Positions 1 through 8,730 are shown, numbered from the stretch's first letter. The stretch: 32,000 bases of DNA from Haloquadratum walsbyi C23 (GCF_000237865.1 NC_017457.1:30001-62000), one strand, 5' to 3'. Numbers and translations: made by a program. The notes: generated by a model not told the origin, from the sequence alone.

Positions 1-220
1 ATTCAATCCGCATACAGGGTCTCACGGCTGATCCGACTGAGAGATTGTGAAATAAATACTGTGATAACCCTCCTATGACGCCCTGAAATGTGGGATGGCA
101 CATATTAGAGAGGGGTGTTCGTGGTCTCAAACTCTCTCAGTACTGCTGAATTACGGACTGCCTCTGAACAGAGAAACCGACGAGTCATACAGTAGCTCCT
201 CCGAAGCTGCTAAAAGACAG

Positions 221-508
221 TTAGAATGACTGTTGTTCTCTGGCGTTGTGAGTTGAACCTCGATCGTCGTAGTTTGCTCTCCCAACGCTCCCCTGTGGTG
301 CAAGAGACATCAGGGTATGATATAGGTCATCACTCGACTCAAACGTGTCAGGTGGGTCATCAAGGAGATCAAGCATCTGATCAAGTGTCGTTTCAGAGCC
401 GTCCTGAAATTCGATTGTCACATTTTCACACCTGTTTGCGATGTCGTCTATGCTGGCTGGGTACTCGCAATCGCACAACTCGGTCAGTGCTTCCTCAAGA
501 TCTGCCAT
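221..508 (-). CDS. small acidic hypothetical protein (95 aa)
   Basis: ATG-started ORF. Very D/E-rich, matching the acidic proteome style of the other genes here. No catalytic motif recognised. Confidence 0.55.
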   Translation of the reverse strand: MADLEEALTELCDCEYPASIDDIANRCENVTIEFQDGSETTLDQMLDLLDDPPDTFESSDDLYHTLMSLAPQGSVGRANYDDRGSTHNAREQQSF

Positions 509-820
509 ATACTATAGTTATGTATCTGACACACGTATGAATGTACCGATGTGCAGAATAACCCAGAATTACATCAGCATCTTGGTTTCTAAGAGATTAA
601 AATCATACATAAATATAGTATTATCCAATATAATATGTCGTTCGACAATTAGTAGAGCATAGTATGCTCTGCTATCTGAGTAGGCATCAGATGAATCATG
701 TGTGTCTTTGCTCTCTGCGTGAGACGGGGTAAAAAAACCACGACCCGACTCCAAGCGTTGCCAACTCAGAGAGAAACGGTGGAATCTTTAGATATACTGC
801 ATCGTAACTGTCATACTGTT

Positions 821-962
821 GAGGTAATACTCCGTAAGGAGATACTCGGGAGTGGATACTTTGCATCATACCCGGCACTACCTTCTGAGTAAGTCATCAC
901 TTGGAGAGGTCCGCAGAGTCAAAAGTATAGGATATCCCACCCCCCGTGTGCGATATGAAATT
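821..962 (+). repeat. 140-bp composite repeat, copy A, ending in an ORB box
   Basis: Aligns along its whole length with 7195-7332 (gaggtaata.tccgtaaggagatactc...catcatacccggca...tgagtaa...agagtcaaaa.t.tag.ata.cccaccccccgtgtgcgatatgaaat). Confidence 0.85.
938..960 (+). promoter_or_regulatory. ORB-like origin recognition box 1 (caccccccgtgtgcgatatgaaa)
   Basis: The 23-nt string is identical in six places in the window. It has a C/G-string plus mini-ORB-like layout and lies 28 bp downstream of the orc1/cdc6 stop. Confidence 0.75.
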
Positions 963-987
963 GATGTCAGAGGTAGCGCTTCTCCTA

Positions 988-2334
988 TCAACTTCCCTCA
1001 AAAAAATTGTTTATTTGCGCATTGACCACAGATTTGATAAGATCTCCTTCGTGTTTAGCATCCTCAAGTCGAAAGTCAGTTTCGAGAGTCTCAACCACCA
1101 CTTCTGAGTCGTCAATAAACGTGTATTCCTTATGTACACCACTACCGAAACCACGTCCCCGTTTTTGTGACGTGACAAGATTATACGTCTCAGCCTCGTT
1201 CATGTATCTCAGATAAGATTCACGTGATTTTTCCTCAACATCTAAAATATCGACGAGAAACTGATACACTCGATAAGCAACTGTACTGGGAATAGCGTCC
1301 AAATTGCGCTGTGAGTAGACAGAAGAAACAGCAGTAGCGTAGAGTGAAAGCTTCTTTTGGGTCGATAGTCCCTGCATTTGGGTCAGTGTTCGATCCCGTC
1401 GAGCTTCTTTCTGGGCATGACGAACATGATTCTCATGAACCATATCCTCTGTTTCACGGTCGGCGATTTCTCCTGCCTTCCGGAATAAATCGATTGCTTT
1501 TCGGGCGTCACCATGATCCTGAGCGGCGAGAGCAGCGCTTAACGGGATGATTCCACCGTTAAGCACATCATCTTGGTATGCATCTTTACGACGTTTAAGA
1601 ATCGCTTGTAATTGATCTGCGTCGTAGTCGGAGAAGATGACGTCCTGTGGATTGAAAGAACTCTCCGCTCGTCCGTCAAGATTCTGCATGAATCGTGGAT
1701 CATTCGTAATTGCAGCGACGGATACGTGTCCTCCAATCCGACCAAGGTGTGATGCTCGAGATAATTGATAAAGCAGCTTCGAGTATGCCGGTTCATCATC
1801 TGGATTACGTCGTCGACCCAGCAAGAGGTCAATCTCGTCAAGAATGATGATGATTGAATCAAGGTTGTTGCTCAAGATCTCATAAAATCGATTTAGCTTC
1901 TGGTCAGTCGAGACACCACTCTCAGGGACACCAATATCGACACCAGCCTTCTGGGCAGCATTCTCTACGAGTCGGTAGATAGCCCGGTCATGAGAGCTGA
2001 CTGTTTGACAATTGATTTTAATAACGCCGAATCGATCTCCCTGTGAGTTGGCGAGTTCAAGAACCTGCTCGCAAACTGCATTGATAATGAGTGACTTCCC
2101 AGTCCCTGAGGGACCATAGAGAAGCATATTTGGCGGACGATTTCCCTGCAATGCCGGTCGTATATAAGAGATAATATTATCTAACTGATCATCACGACCA
2201 ACAATTCGGTCCTCATCGATTACAGTATCTAGCTCAAGAAGCCCTTTATTCCGAAAAACAGAGTTCTGATTCCCCTCCTGAAGACGAGCTTTGATAGACT
2301 GAGAGGTAGAATGTTGGTTGTCGTCATCAGCCAT
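988..2334 (-). CDS. orc1: Orc1/Cdc6 replication initiator (AAA+ ATPase)
   Basis: 448 aa. Walker A is GPSGTGKS and Walker B is IIILDEID, with sensor-like arginines and a C-terminal winged-helix-like region. Flanked by ORB-like boxes. Confidence 0.95.
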   Translation of the reverse strand: MADDDNQHSTSQSIKARLQEGNQNSVFRNKGLLELDTVIDEDRIVGRDDQLDNIISYIRPALQGNRPPNMLLYGPSGTGKSLIINAVCEQVLELANSQGDRFGVIKINCQTVSSHDRAIYRLVENAAQKAGVDIGVPESGVSTDQKLNRFYEILSNNLDSIIIILDEIDLLLGRRRNPDDEPAYSKLLYQLSRASHLGRIGGHVSVAAITNDPRFMQNLDGRAESSFNPQDVIFSDYDADQLQAILKRRKDAYQDDVLNGGIIPLSAALAAQDHGDARKAIDLFRKAGEIADRETEDMVHENHVRHAQKEARRDRTLTQMQGLSTQKKLSLYATAVSSVYSQRNLDAIPSTVAYRVYQFLVDILDVEEKSRESYLRYMNEAETYNLVTSQKRGRGFGSGVHKEYTFIDDSEVVVETLETDFRLEDAKHEGDLIKSVVNAQINNFFEGS

Positions 2335-2356
2335 ATTATCGAAGTTGCGTCAGCAG

Positions 2357-2366
2357 TATAAATAAA
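2357..2366 (-). promoter_or_regulatory. TATA-box-like element for orc1/cdc6 (leaderless-type spacing)
   Basis: Reads tttatttata on the minus strand, about 23-32 nt upstream of the ATG at 2334. This is the spacing expected for haloarchaeal leaderless transcripts. Confidence 0.45.
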
Positions 2367-2476
2367 TGTGGATACCATGTTCGTGATTAAATAGGTTAAA
2401 TTATCCCGATATAAGCCTTCTATCGGGTGGTTATTTATAATGACTGTAACCGTGAGCGAAGTCAAATCGCCGTATT

Positions 2477-2499
2477 CACCCCCCGTGTGCGATATGAAA
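2477..2499 (+). promoter_or_regulatory. ORB-like box 2
   Basis: Exact copy of caccccccgtgtgcgatatgaaa. Confidence 0.75.
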
Positions 2500-2559
2500 T
2501 TAATGAGATGACTCATATAGTAACTGTCACTGCCAACCAGAGGAGTTCATTAAAATCAT

Positions 2560-2582
2560 CACCCCCCGTGTGCGATATGAAA
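2560..2582 (+). promoter_or_regulatory. ORB-like box 3
   Basis: Exact copy of caccccccgtgtgcgatatgaaa. Confidence 0.75.
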
Positions 2583-2900
2583 ACCCGATCTTATTATACA
2601 CTCTCTGTTTGTTGATTATTGCATCATAAACTGGATCACAATCAGTGATATAAGATAGAATCTTTCCGATATGCCTAGATAATTCGAATGGAACACTACA
2701 TACTCGAGTCAGCTAACTCAGACGCTGAGTTGAACTGATGCTTGGCTTGTGATGTAGACCCAGCGAGAGTAATAAAATGTATTACTCACTAAGAGTTTTC
2801 AAAATAAAATTAGAATATCAGGAATTTTTTGATGTGGGTATTAGTAAGAATACTTCTCGGTAATCCTGAATAAAGTTAGAGCTTCACCGCAAGTTACCCC

Positions 2901-2923
2901 CACCCCCCGTGTGCGATATGAAA
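2901..2923 (+). promoter_or_regulatory. ORB-like box 4
   Basis: Exact copy of caccccccgtgtgcgatatgaaa. Confidence 0.75.
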
Positions 2924-3295
2924 TAGGAAGAGACAGACAGGGGGTATGCAAGCGAAGCAGTCGTGAAGTAACCAAAGATGGTGTTTCTATAGAGACGAGG
3001 CACTAAAACGACATATTGACGACTACAATTAGGAAAGATTTAAATAATAATCTTATGAATAGAATCCGTAGTAGAGTAAGATAGTAAAGACGAGACAAAC
3101 TTGTGACATAGTGCGCTCAGCGACTTTTCATCTTGCTCCCACGTGAGTTGATTGATTCCACTGATCCAATTGTGATGAGGGCGAGTGCTTCAGGGCTCGT
3201 GTACATCGACGGGATATCCTGCGTCTCACGACTCATCTCCTCTGCATGGACTTCGAGTTTGCCTCGTGATCTGCCCCACCCTACTATCCCGTTGA

Positions 3296-3318
3296 TTTCA
3301 TATCGCACACGGGGGGTG
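3296..3318 (-). promoter_or_regulatory. ORB-like box 5 (inverted orientation)
   Basis: The plus strand reads tttcatatcgcacacggggggtg, the exact reverse complement of the box. With box 4 it forms an inverted pair about 370 bp apart. Confidence 0.75.
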
Positions 3319-3728
3319 AGGGTTCATCCTCAAGTAAAATGAGTCGGTAATTAATATTTCTCTAAACTATCTTCATTATGACCCGAATCCTTTCGTGTGG
3401 ATCCAGCTAAAAATACTGCCGACTAACAAACGGTCTTGAAAAGGATTGGATACTCAAAAATTCAGACACACACTCCTCATTTCCTGAGAGTCAGAACAAG
3501 AAACTGCAATTGCTGGGGCAGAAATATATGAATAAACATTCAAGAATATCTGTTCAGCTCTTGTTCTTATTTATCTGGCTACTGTCTGCAGACCATGTTA
3601 TTACGCTTTCTCATGTTTGTAGAGTTAGCTAGGACCAGCGTGAGAGAATTCGGAAACATACATGCCCTCTGTCGATATGATGCCTGAAGAAGTAACTTGA
3701 TTAGACATGTCATTCTCACTTCAATTAG

Positions 3729-3777
3729 ACCTTATGTAATAAATCGTCTCTTATCTCCTCTAGTTGTTACATAAGGT
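3729..3777. repeat. hairpin/inverted repeat accttatgtaa-N27-ttacataaggt (family member 1)
   Basis: Perfect 11-bp arms with a 27-nt spacer. The same arm sequence recurs at 10056, 13623 and 20058. Confidence 0.8.
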
Positions 3778-3794
3778 TGATCTAGAATTATATT

Positions 3795-4245
3795 TGAGCA
3801 GCAACAGTAAGACCATCTTATAACCGAGCGATTTCCATCAACTATTGAGAGCGTCAGCCAATTTCATTATCTCATCTATGTTCGATACATTGCTGTGATG
3901 ACAGAATATATTTATACTCTCGTTATGAGATATATATATTCATGTGTACCAAACTAGTGAACCCATACTAACACTGTTGTTAGTGCCCAAATTGGTATTG
4001 GTGTTAGTGAGCATCAAAAAAGACGCAATTACACCCTCTCAACGAAAGTAAAGTTGTGTAGGAGCAAAGTATAATTGTATTAATAAGTTTGGTTAGATGA
4101 TACTATACCTTTTCTAACGCTATTTTTACTTACTTTCTTACATACATGCCCAATTCGCCACTAACAACACTGTTAGTGGCAGTACACTATTATATAATTG
4201 AGTTAATAAGGTAGAATCGTGTATTTAAGAATCTCTGCATATCCA
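3795..4245 (+). repeat. ~450-bp non-coding repeat, copy 1, with a palindrome-bounded ~210-bp core
   Basis: Aligns with 10141-10600 in the same orientation and 14335-14640 inverted. The core is bounded by palindromes actaaca-ctgt-tgttagt (3967-3984) and ccactaaca-acac-tgttagtgg (4158-4179). No ORF. Confidence 0.9.
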
Positions 4246-5138
4246 TGAGGACAATTCAGTGGGATGTGATCATATGTGAATGTATCATATGTGCTTGACC
4301 GGTTAGCATCTATCAGTGATTATTCTCCATTGAGAACCGGATATCACAGGTAATTCTTTGATTAATCATTCATACACTGACAAGCAGATAATGTCCAGCA
4401 GAACAAACATGTGAAAATCTGATAACTCGGTAGATTGAGAATCATAGTATTGAGTAATAAAATGATTATCTGACATCGTTCCATCTTCTCGGCTCAAACG
4501 CATGATTCTATACTTAAAATGAAAAATCACAAGCTCCCAATCAGATGGTTTCGTTTGCCCAATCGTCGATCTGAACAACTGGTCGAACAGTTACATTTTT
4601 ACATTTCGTGATGAGTTTTTACACTGATTTCATTCGGATATTGAAAGGTATTTCAAGGAATTTACTGACATCTCTGCACGAGCCGAGTCTGACTGTTTCT
4701 GAGAAACTCTGATGTAATAATATGCTCGCCTATTATCAATTTATTGATGTTAATGTGTTAAAGCTTAAATCTATTATAATTCGGTGCTCAACCCCACAAG
4801 TAATCAGTAATTGTGTATTAATGACTATCATCGCACGTCTACATTCAAATTTAGGATTTGCGGAGTACTTACGCAGCTCAGATATATATAGTATACTATG
4901 ATTGGACGTACTAATAATTAATACTATACGGTCATATCCAAATATTTGATATAATATGTGACTGATTGGTTTGAGTATGCTCACTCATATTAAAATCTTC
5001 ATATTAATCTAATGAGATATCATAATTGGTCGTAATATATTCTATGATTACCTTAAATACTTGATATGTTTTATTTACGTGTTAATTGATACATGAATTA
5101 ATGGAATTGTATATAAATTAGTATAAGTTACTGTACAT

Positions 5139-5696
5139 ATGAGCTATTGTTCAGGCTGTGGAACAGAGCTTAGTGGAGAAGAAACATTCTGCCCAGACTG
5201 TGGGGAGTCGATTGATAAAAATAATACTGTAGAGACTAATCTAAGTGAATCAGCAGACACCAATCCAGCAAAAATAGCTGATACGTCTGAGAGTGAGGAT
5301 GACGGAGTTCAATGGAAACAGGTTGGAATGGCTGGAAGTCTTGCATTAATCCCTGCGTTCATTGCATACTTAGCGCTTTCAATTGCAACTGGAGGAGATC
5401 CTGTTGGTATCGTGTTCTTAATTTCACTCCCTGTATTTGGATATCTCCTTTACCAGCGATCGACATTCATTACAATGATTGGCGGGATGTGTTACTATCT
5501 CTCGATTGAGTTTCTCCTCAGCCCATTCTTTCTACTACTCTATACTGTCGCATTCGCAAGTGATAGCACTACCACTGCAGCTGGACAAGCGGGAGCTGCT
5601 ATTGGTGGGTTTGCACTAACGATTGCTGCATTCGTTGTTGGATTGCCACTAGCAATTGCATTTTATCTTGTTTCACGGCGATTAGATCAGACATAG
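5139..5696 (+). CDS. zinc-ribbon membrane protein (about 4 TM)
   Basis: N-terminal CxxC-N11-CxxC (CSGCGTELSGEETFCPDCG), then an acidic linker and four hydrophobic helices. Confidence 0.8.
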   Translation: MSYCSGCGTELSGEETFCPDCGESIDKNNTVETNLSESADTNPAKIADTSESEDDGVQWKQVGMAGSLALIPAFIAYLALSIATGGDPVGIVFLISLPVFGYLLYQRSTFITMIGGMCYYLSIEFLLSPFFLLLYTVAFASDSTTTAAGQAGAAIGGFALTIAAFVVGLPLAIAFYLVSRRLDQT

Positions 5697-5725
5697 TATG
5701 AGTAAATCCATTAAATATAAATAGT

Positions 5726-6610
5726 ATGAGTTTTTGCACGAACTGCGGAACAGAACTCAGTGGAGGGGAGTCGTTCTGTCCAAATTGTGGAGAGTCTGTT
5801 CACTTAGATACTGATAGGGATGGTCTGCGAAACTCAACCGACGATAATCCAGCAGATGCTGGTGCTAAATCAACCAACGTAATTAAAAATAGTAGTATAG
5901 CAGAGGATCAGAAAGATAAGATAAGAGACATAAATCTCACTTTAGGTAAATCAATTGCATATCCTGTCGGATCATTATTAACTTTTTTAGGAGTTATCTC
6001 GTTATTTTCGGACATTGGCGCAGGTATACTAATCCTATTTGCAGGCATCATCGCACTTCCAATCATGCGGTCAAGAATCAAAGATAGAGTGGGTATAGAA
6101 ATAAATAGATGGGTTGCGTCAGCTATCGTAATCATATCAGTAGGGGCAGGAGTAGCAGTTTTACCATCGGAGACTGGCGGAGATAGCAGATCAGCTGTGC
6201 AAAATAATGAGAGTGAAATAAAAACAATTGAGCAACCGGCGAGCGAATTGACACCAACCATTGATAGCTTCGAAAGCGGATGGCGTGTTGTTGAGAGGCA
6301 GGGTGGAACTGCTGATTTTGTTTCCCCAGAGGCAAGCGAACGAGTGGTATACCAAGTCATGGTGTATAGGAACGTCAGCGAAGCACAATCGGCAGTGGTA
6401 TCTGAAGAGCCCGATAATATAGCCACAGATAACCCAGATTTTGGCGATGGAGGTTTCAAATATCAAATTGCTGATAGGGAATATAAGATAGTATTCTATA
6501 AAAAAAATGTCGTATGTAGCACAACATACGGAGCTGATGTCATGACATTCAACGCTGAGTCGAACGCAGACAAATTCGCCAAGATTTGCTTAGACTCAAT
6601 TGAAAGCTGA
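5726..6610 (+). CDS. zinc-ribbon membrane protein paralogue (about 3 TM plus C-terminal soluble domain)
   Basis: The N-terminus MSFCTNCGTELSGGESFCPNCGES is nearly identical to that of the upstream gene. It is followed by three hydrophobic helices and a 140-aa acidic C-terminal domain. Confidence 0.8.
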   Translation: MSFCTNCGTELSGGESFCPNCGESVHLDTDRDGLRNSTDDNPADAGAKSTNVIKNSSIAEDQKDKIRDINLTLGKSIAYPVGSLLTFLGVISLFSDIGAGILILFAGIIALPIMRSRIKDRVGIEINRWVASAIVIISVGAGVAVLPSETGGDSRSAVQNNESEIKTIEQPASELTPTIDSFESGWRVVERQGGTADFVSPEASERVVYQVMVYRNVSEAQSAVVSEEPDNIATDNPDFGDGGFKYQIADREYKIVFYKKNVVCSTTYGADVMTFNAESNADKFAKICLDSIES

Positions 6611-6811
6611 CACTGTCTAATAGATAGCCTTACTATTTCAAGTAATCCTCGATCTCACTACGCTACGTTGGATCAGTGCGTTCCTTCGTTGAATTATTTT
6701 TAGTAGTATATATTTGCGTGTCTCAATAACCGGTAACGCACCCGTTGGAGCGAGATCTTCGATAGAGTACAGCTAACAGTCTGCGGTATGTGATTGTCGT
6801 CTTCTTTCTGT

Positions 6812-6998
6812 AACACTGGCAATGAGGGGGTGTGGGGAGTATATAAAGAAAAGAACACTGGCAATGGGGGTGTGGGGGGAGTATATAAAGAAAAGAACAC
6901 TGGCAATGGGGGTGTGGGGGGAGTATATAAAGAAAAGAACACTGGCAATGGGGGTGTGGGGGGAGTATATAAAGAAAAGAACACTGGCAATGGAGGTG
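6812..6998. repeat. 42-bp tandem repeat, 4 full units plus a partial fifth
   Basis: Unit is aacactggcaatgggggtgtggggggagtatataaagaaaag, starting at 6812, 6854, 6896, 6938 and 6980. Units 2-4 are identical. Confidence 0.95.
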
Positions 6999-7194
6999 CA
7001 TGTTAGATATTATCACTTATATAAAGTCGATAATTGATGAGAAACTATTAGACAATTGAAATACAGACAACTAACACTTTTCGAACCATTCACAACGAGG
7101 GATCTGAATGAAAAAATATAGTTCAACGCATGATGCTGAATTCCGAAACCCTAAGATATTATTCGAAGGAAACATTAGAGCCGACTATATTATT

Positions 7195-7332
7195 GAGGTA
7201 ATATTCCGTAAGGAGATACTCAGAAGTGGATGCTCTGCATCATACCCGGCAGTACTGAGTAAATCATTGATTGGGAAGGTTCGTAGAGTCAAAAATGTAG
7301 AATACCCCACCCCCCGTGTGCGATATGAAATC
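7195..7332 (+). repeat. 140-bp composite repeat, copy B, ending in an ORB box
   Basis: Aligns with 821-962 and has no adjacent orc gene. Confidence 0.85.
7308..7330 (+). promoter_or_regulatory. ORB-like box 6 (orphan, no adjacent initiator gene)
   Basis: Exact copy of caccccccgtgtgcgatatgaaa. Confidence 0.7.
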
Positions 7333-7382
7333 AAGATGAGAACAAAGTGTAGTCATAGAAATGGTAACCAATAATGTTATAC

Positions 7383-8348
7383 TCAATATCCAACCGAATC
7401 AAGGAGAGCCTCAACCGTTGCCTCGTCACTCGAGTGCCCATGTTCAATCCTGTACTGTCTGAAGCGCTCCCGAGTTGCAGTACTCAGTGTAATACTCTCA
7501 CTATCGGGACCGGAAACAACACGAGTTTTACCCTCACTCTCAGTTTTCGGTCCGTCGGGATTACTGGGACTGAGTTGACACTGTTTGAGCTCGCTGCTCG
7601 ATTGATCAAAAACCTCACTGGACCAGTACCATGCACCCTGGTTGAATTTAATATTTGAGACGTCTGCCATCGAACACGCTGAGACAAGATGGTGAGCCCA
7701 CTCATCACGATTATTGATCGGATCTGCACCTATACCCGACCATACTGCCTGAATAATAGCAGCGACTTGCCCATCGATCGGATGGATATATGCTAATTCG
7801 TCTTCACGTAGATCAGATTCTCTGTCGAGAGCCCAGACCGCCTGTCGAAGAGTAAGTCGAGCAATTTTCATTCCGACACCGTACATGTCCCGAAGTCGTT
7901 TTTCGACCTTATTGAGTGTTCCAGCCTTGATATGGCTGTCAATCCATGCATAGAAGTTCCTTTGTCCTTGTTCCCGCTCGTTGAGTATCTCGGGAAGATC
8001 AATGACTGGACCTTTCGTCATATCGTTTATATCGTATTCATATTCCTCTTTACAGATCTGACAGAATTGACTCCACATCTCGTCTGGTGGGATTTTGGAA
8101 CCCGTTTTTGATGCAACAATGTCCAGTGCCTGTCGAGCCGCTTCACTGTACATGCCTCCTCCTTGACGTGCGAACATGGTGGTATTGTAGGCAAGATCAA
8201 GTGATTCTGCTGGCGAAAGTGTCAATATTTCGTCCCGCATAATATTCAATTCATTGTAAGGCTGCATCCGATATTCTTGCTGGAATACTGGGGCATACTC
8301 AGAAAGCGTCTGAATGACCGCTTTCTGCTCTGAATCAATGCTCTGCAT
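7383..8348 (-). CDS. hypothetical protein with helix-hairpin-helix (GVGxK) motif, possibly HhH-GPD-like
   Basis: 321 aa. Segment RLRDMYGVGMKIARLTLRQAVW followed by IHPIDGQV resembles the HhH motif plus downstream Asp of the EndoIII/HhH-GPD superfamily. The acidic Ser-rich tail has an RHH-like end. The functional call is tentative. Confidence 0.7.
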   Translation of the reverse strand: MQSIDSEQKAVIQTLSEYAPVFQQEYRMQPYNELNIMRDEILTLSPAESLDLAYNTTMFARQGGGMYSEAARQALDIVASKTGSKIPPDEMWSQFCQICKEEYEYDINDMTKGPVIDLPEILNEREQGQRNFYAWIDSHIKAGTLNKVEKRLRDMYGVGMKIARLTLRQAVWALDRESDLREDELAYIHPIDGQVAAIIQAVWSGIGADPINNRDEWAHHLVSACSMADVSNIKFNQGAWYWSSEVFDQSSSELKQCQLSPSNPDGPKTESEGKTRVVSGPDSESITLSTATRERFRQYRIEHGHSSDEATVEALLDSVGY

Positions 8349-8469
8349 AGTGACTATGAGAAAGTCCAGATATATATAAATGATAACCTAAGACGTGTGC
8401 GTCACAAAAATTTATTACTGGAATAATCCGCTTATTATACACATTCAGAGTGATTTGTAATTAATAGAT

Positions 8470-8730
8470 ATGGTAAAGTATGATCCTAAGGAAGACGAAT
8501 CGTTATGGCCCGAAAACGGATACGCTGTCATTGAAATGGATGAGTTCAAACACCCATCAAATGATGATCACATGGTCATGCTCGGTCAGTTCGATGATGC
8601 CAATGATGTGGTAATTCCAGTTAAGAAGACTGGCTATACATATTATGTTCATTCATCAGAGATGGAAGGGTGGGCAAGAGATCAGTGGGAAGGGGAAGGG
8701 GAAGGGGAAGAGGAAGATGATGATTACTAG
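8470..8730 (+). CDS. small acidic hypothetical protein (86 aa)
   Basis: ATG start and a very acidic C-terminus (EGEGEGEEEDDDY). Divergent from the 7383-8348 gene. Confidence 0.55.
   Translation: MVKYDPKEDESLWPENGYAVIEMDEFKHPSNDDHMVMLGQFDDANDVVIPVKKTGYTYYVHSSEMEGWARDQWEGEGEGEEEDDDY

Larger units (their letters stand above)
2335..3320. other. putative replication origin region (ORB cluster plus AT-rich stretches)
   Basis: Four ORB boxes lie immediately upstream of orc1/cdc6, three direct and one inverted. AT-rich tracts at about 2760-2880 and 3030-3075 are possible unwinding elements. Confidence 0.7.

Noticed and set aside
654-670. Perfect palindrome agagcata-g-tatgctct, and other short stems (14082-14111, 15706-15729)
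   Set aside because: They are real in the sequence, but short isolated stems are expected by chance in 32 kb. There is no recurrence or clear positional logic, so I did not make them findings.
698-892. ORFs 698-892 (+) and 7108-7374 (+) sharing the peptide (V/I)(I/F)RKEIL.SG..ASYPA
   Set aside because: The similarity is at nucleotide level and continues through stop codons into the ORB box. This fits a non-coding repeat better than a conserved small protein.
1007-1862. ORFs antisense to or overlapping within orc1/cdc6 (1007-1216, 1344-1550, 1539-1862), and 2229-2516 overlapping its start
   Set aside because: They are shadow ORFs inside a well-supported CDS and have non-acidic, low-complexity compositions.
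3117-3342. ORFs 3117-3308 (-) and 3133-3342 (+)
   Set aside because: They overlap each other and the inverted ORB box within the origin region, and nothing supports them as coding.
4366-4984. ORFs 4366-4578 (-) and 4736-4984 (-)
   Set aside because: They lie in AT-rich DNA. The first uses a TTG start. Their hydrophobic or basic compositions are unlike the rest of the proteome. They may be spurious, and I could not support them.
5908-6466. Antisense ORFs inside the second zinc-ribbon gene (183, 67 and 91 aa)
   Set aside because: The sense-strand product has a clear zinc ribbon plus TM architecture, whereas the antisense products are Ser/Leu-rich without features.
6812-6998. Possible CRISPR array
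   Set aside because: The units are directly contiguous with no unique spacers, the unit is not palindromic, and no cas genes or leader are present.
6700-7037. Four overlapping ORFs (70-97 aa) on both strands across the 42-bp tandem array, with repetitive peptides such as PVFFSLYTPPTPPL
   Set aside because: A 42-bp period is a multiple of 3, so any frame stays open through the repeats. The peptides are pure repeat translations with no sensible start or context.
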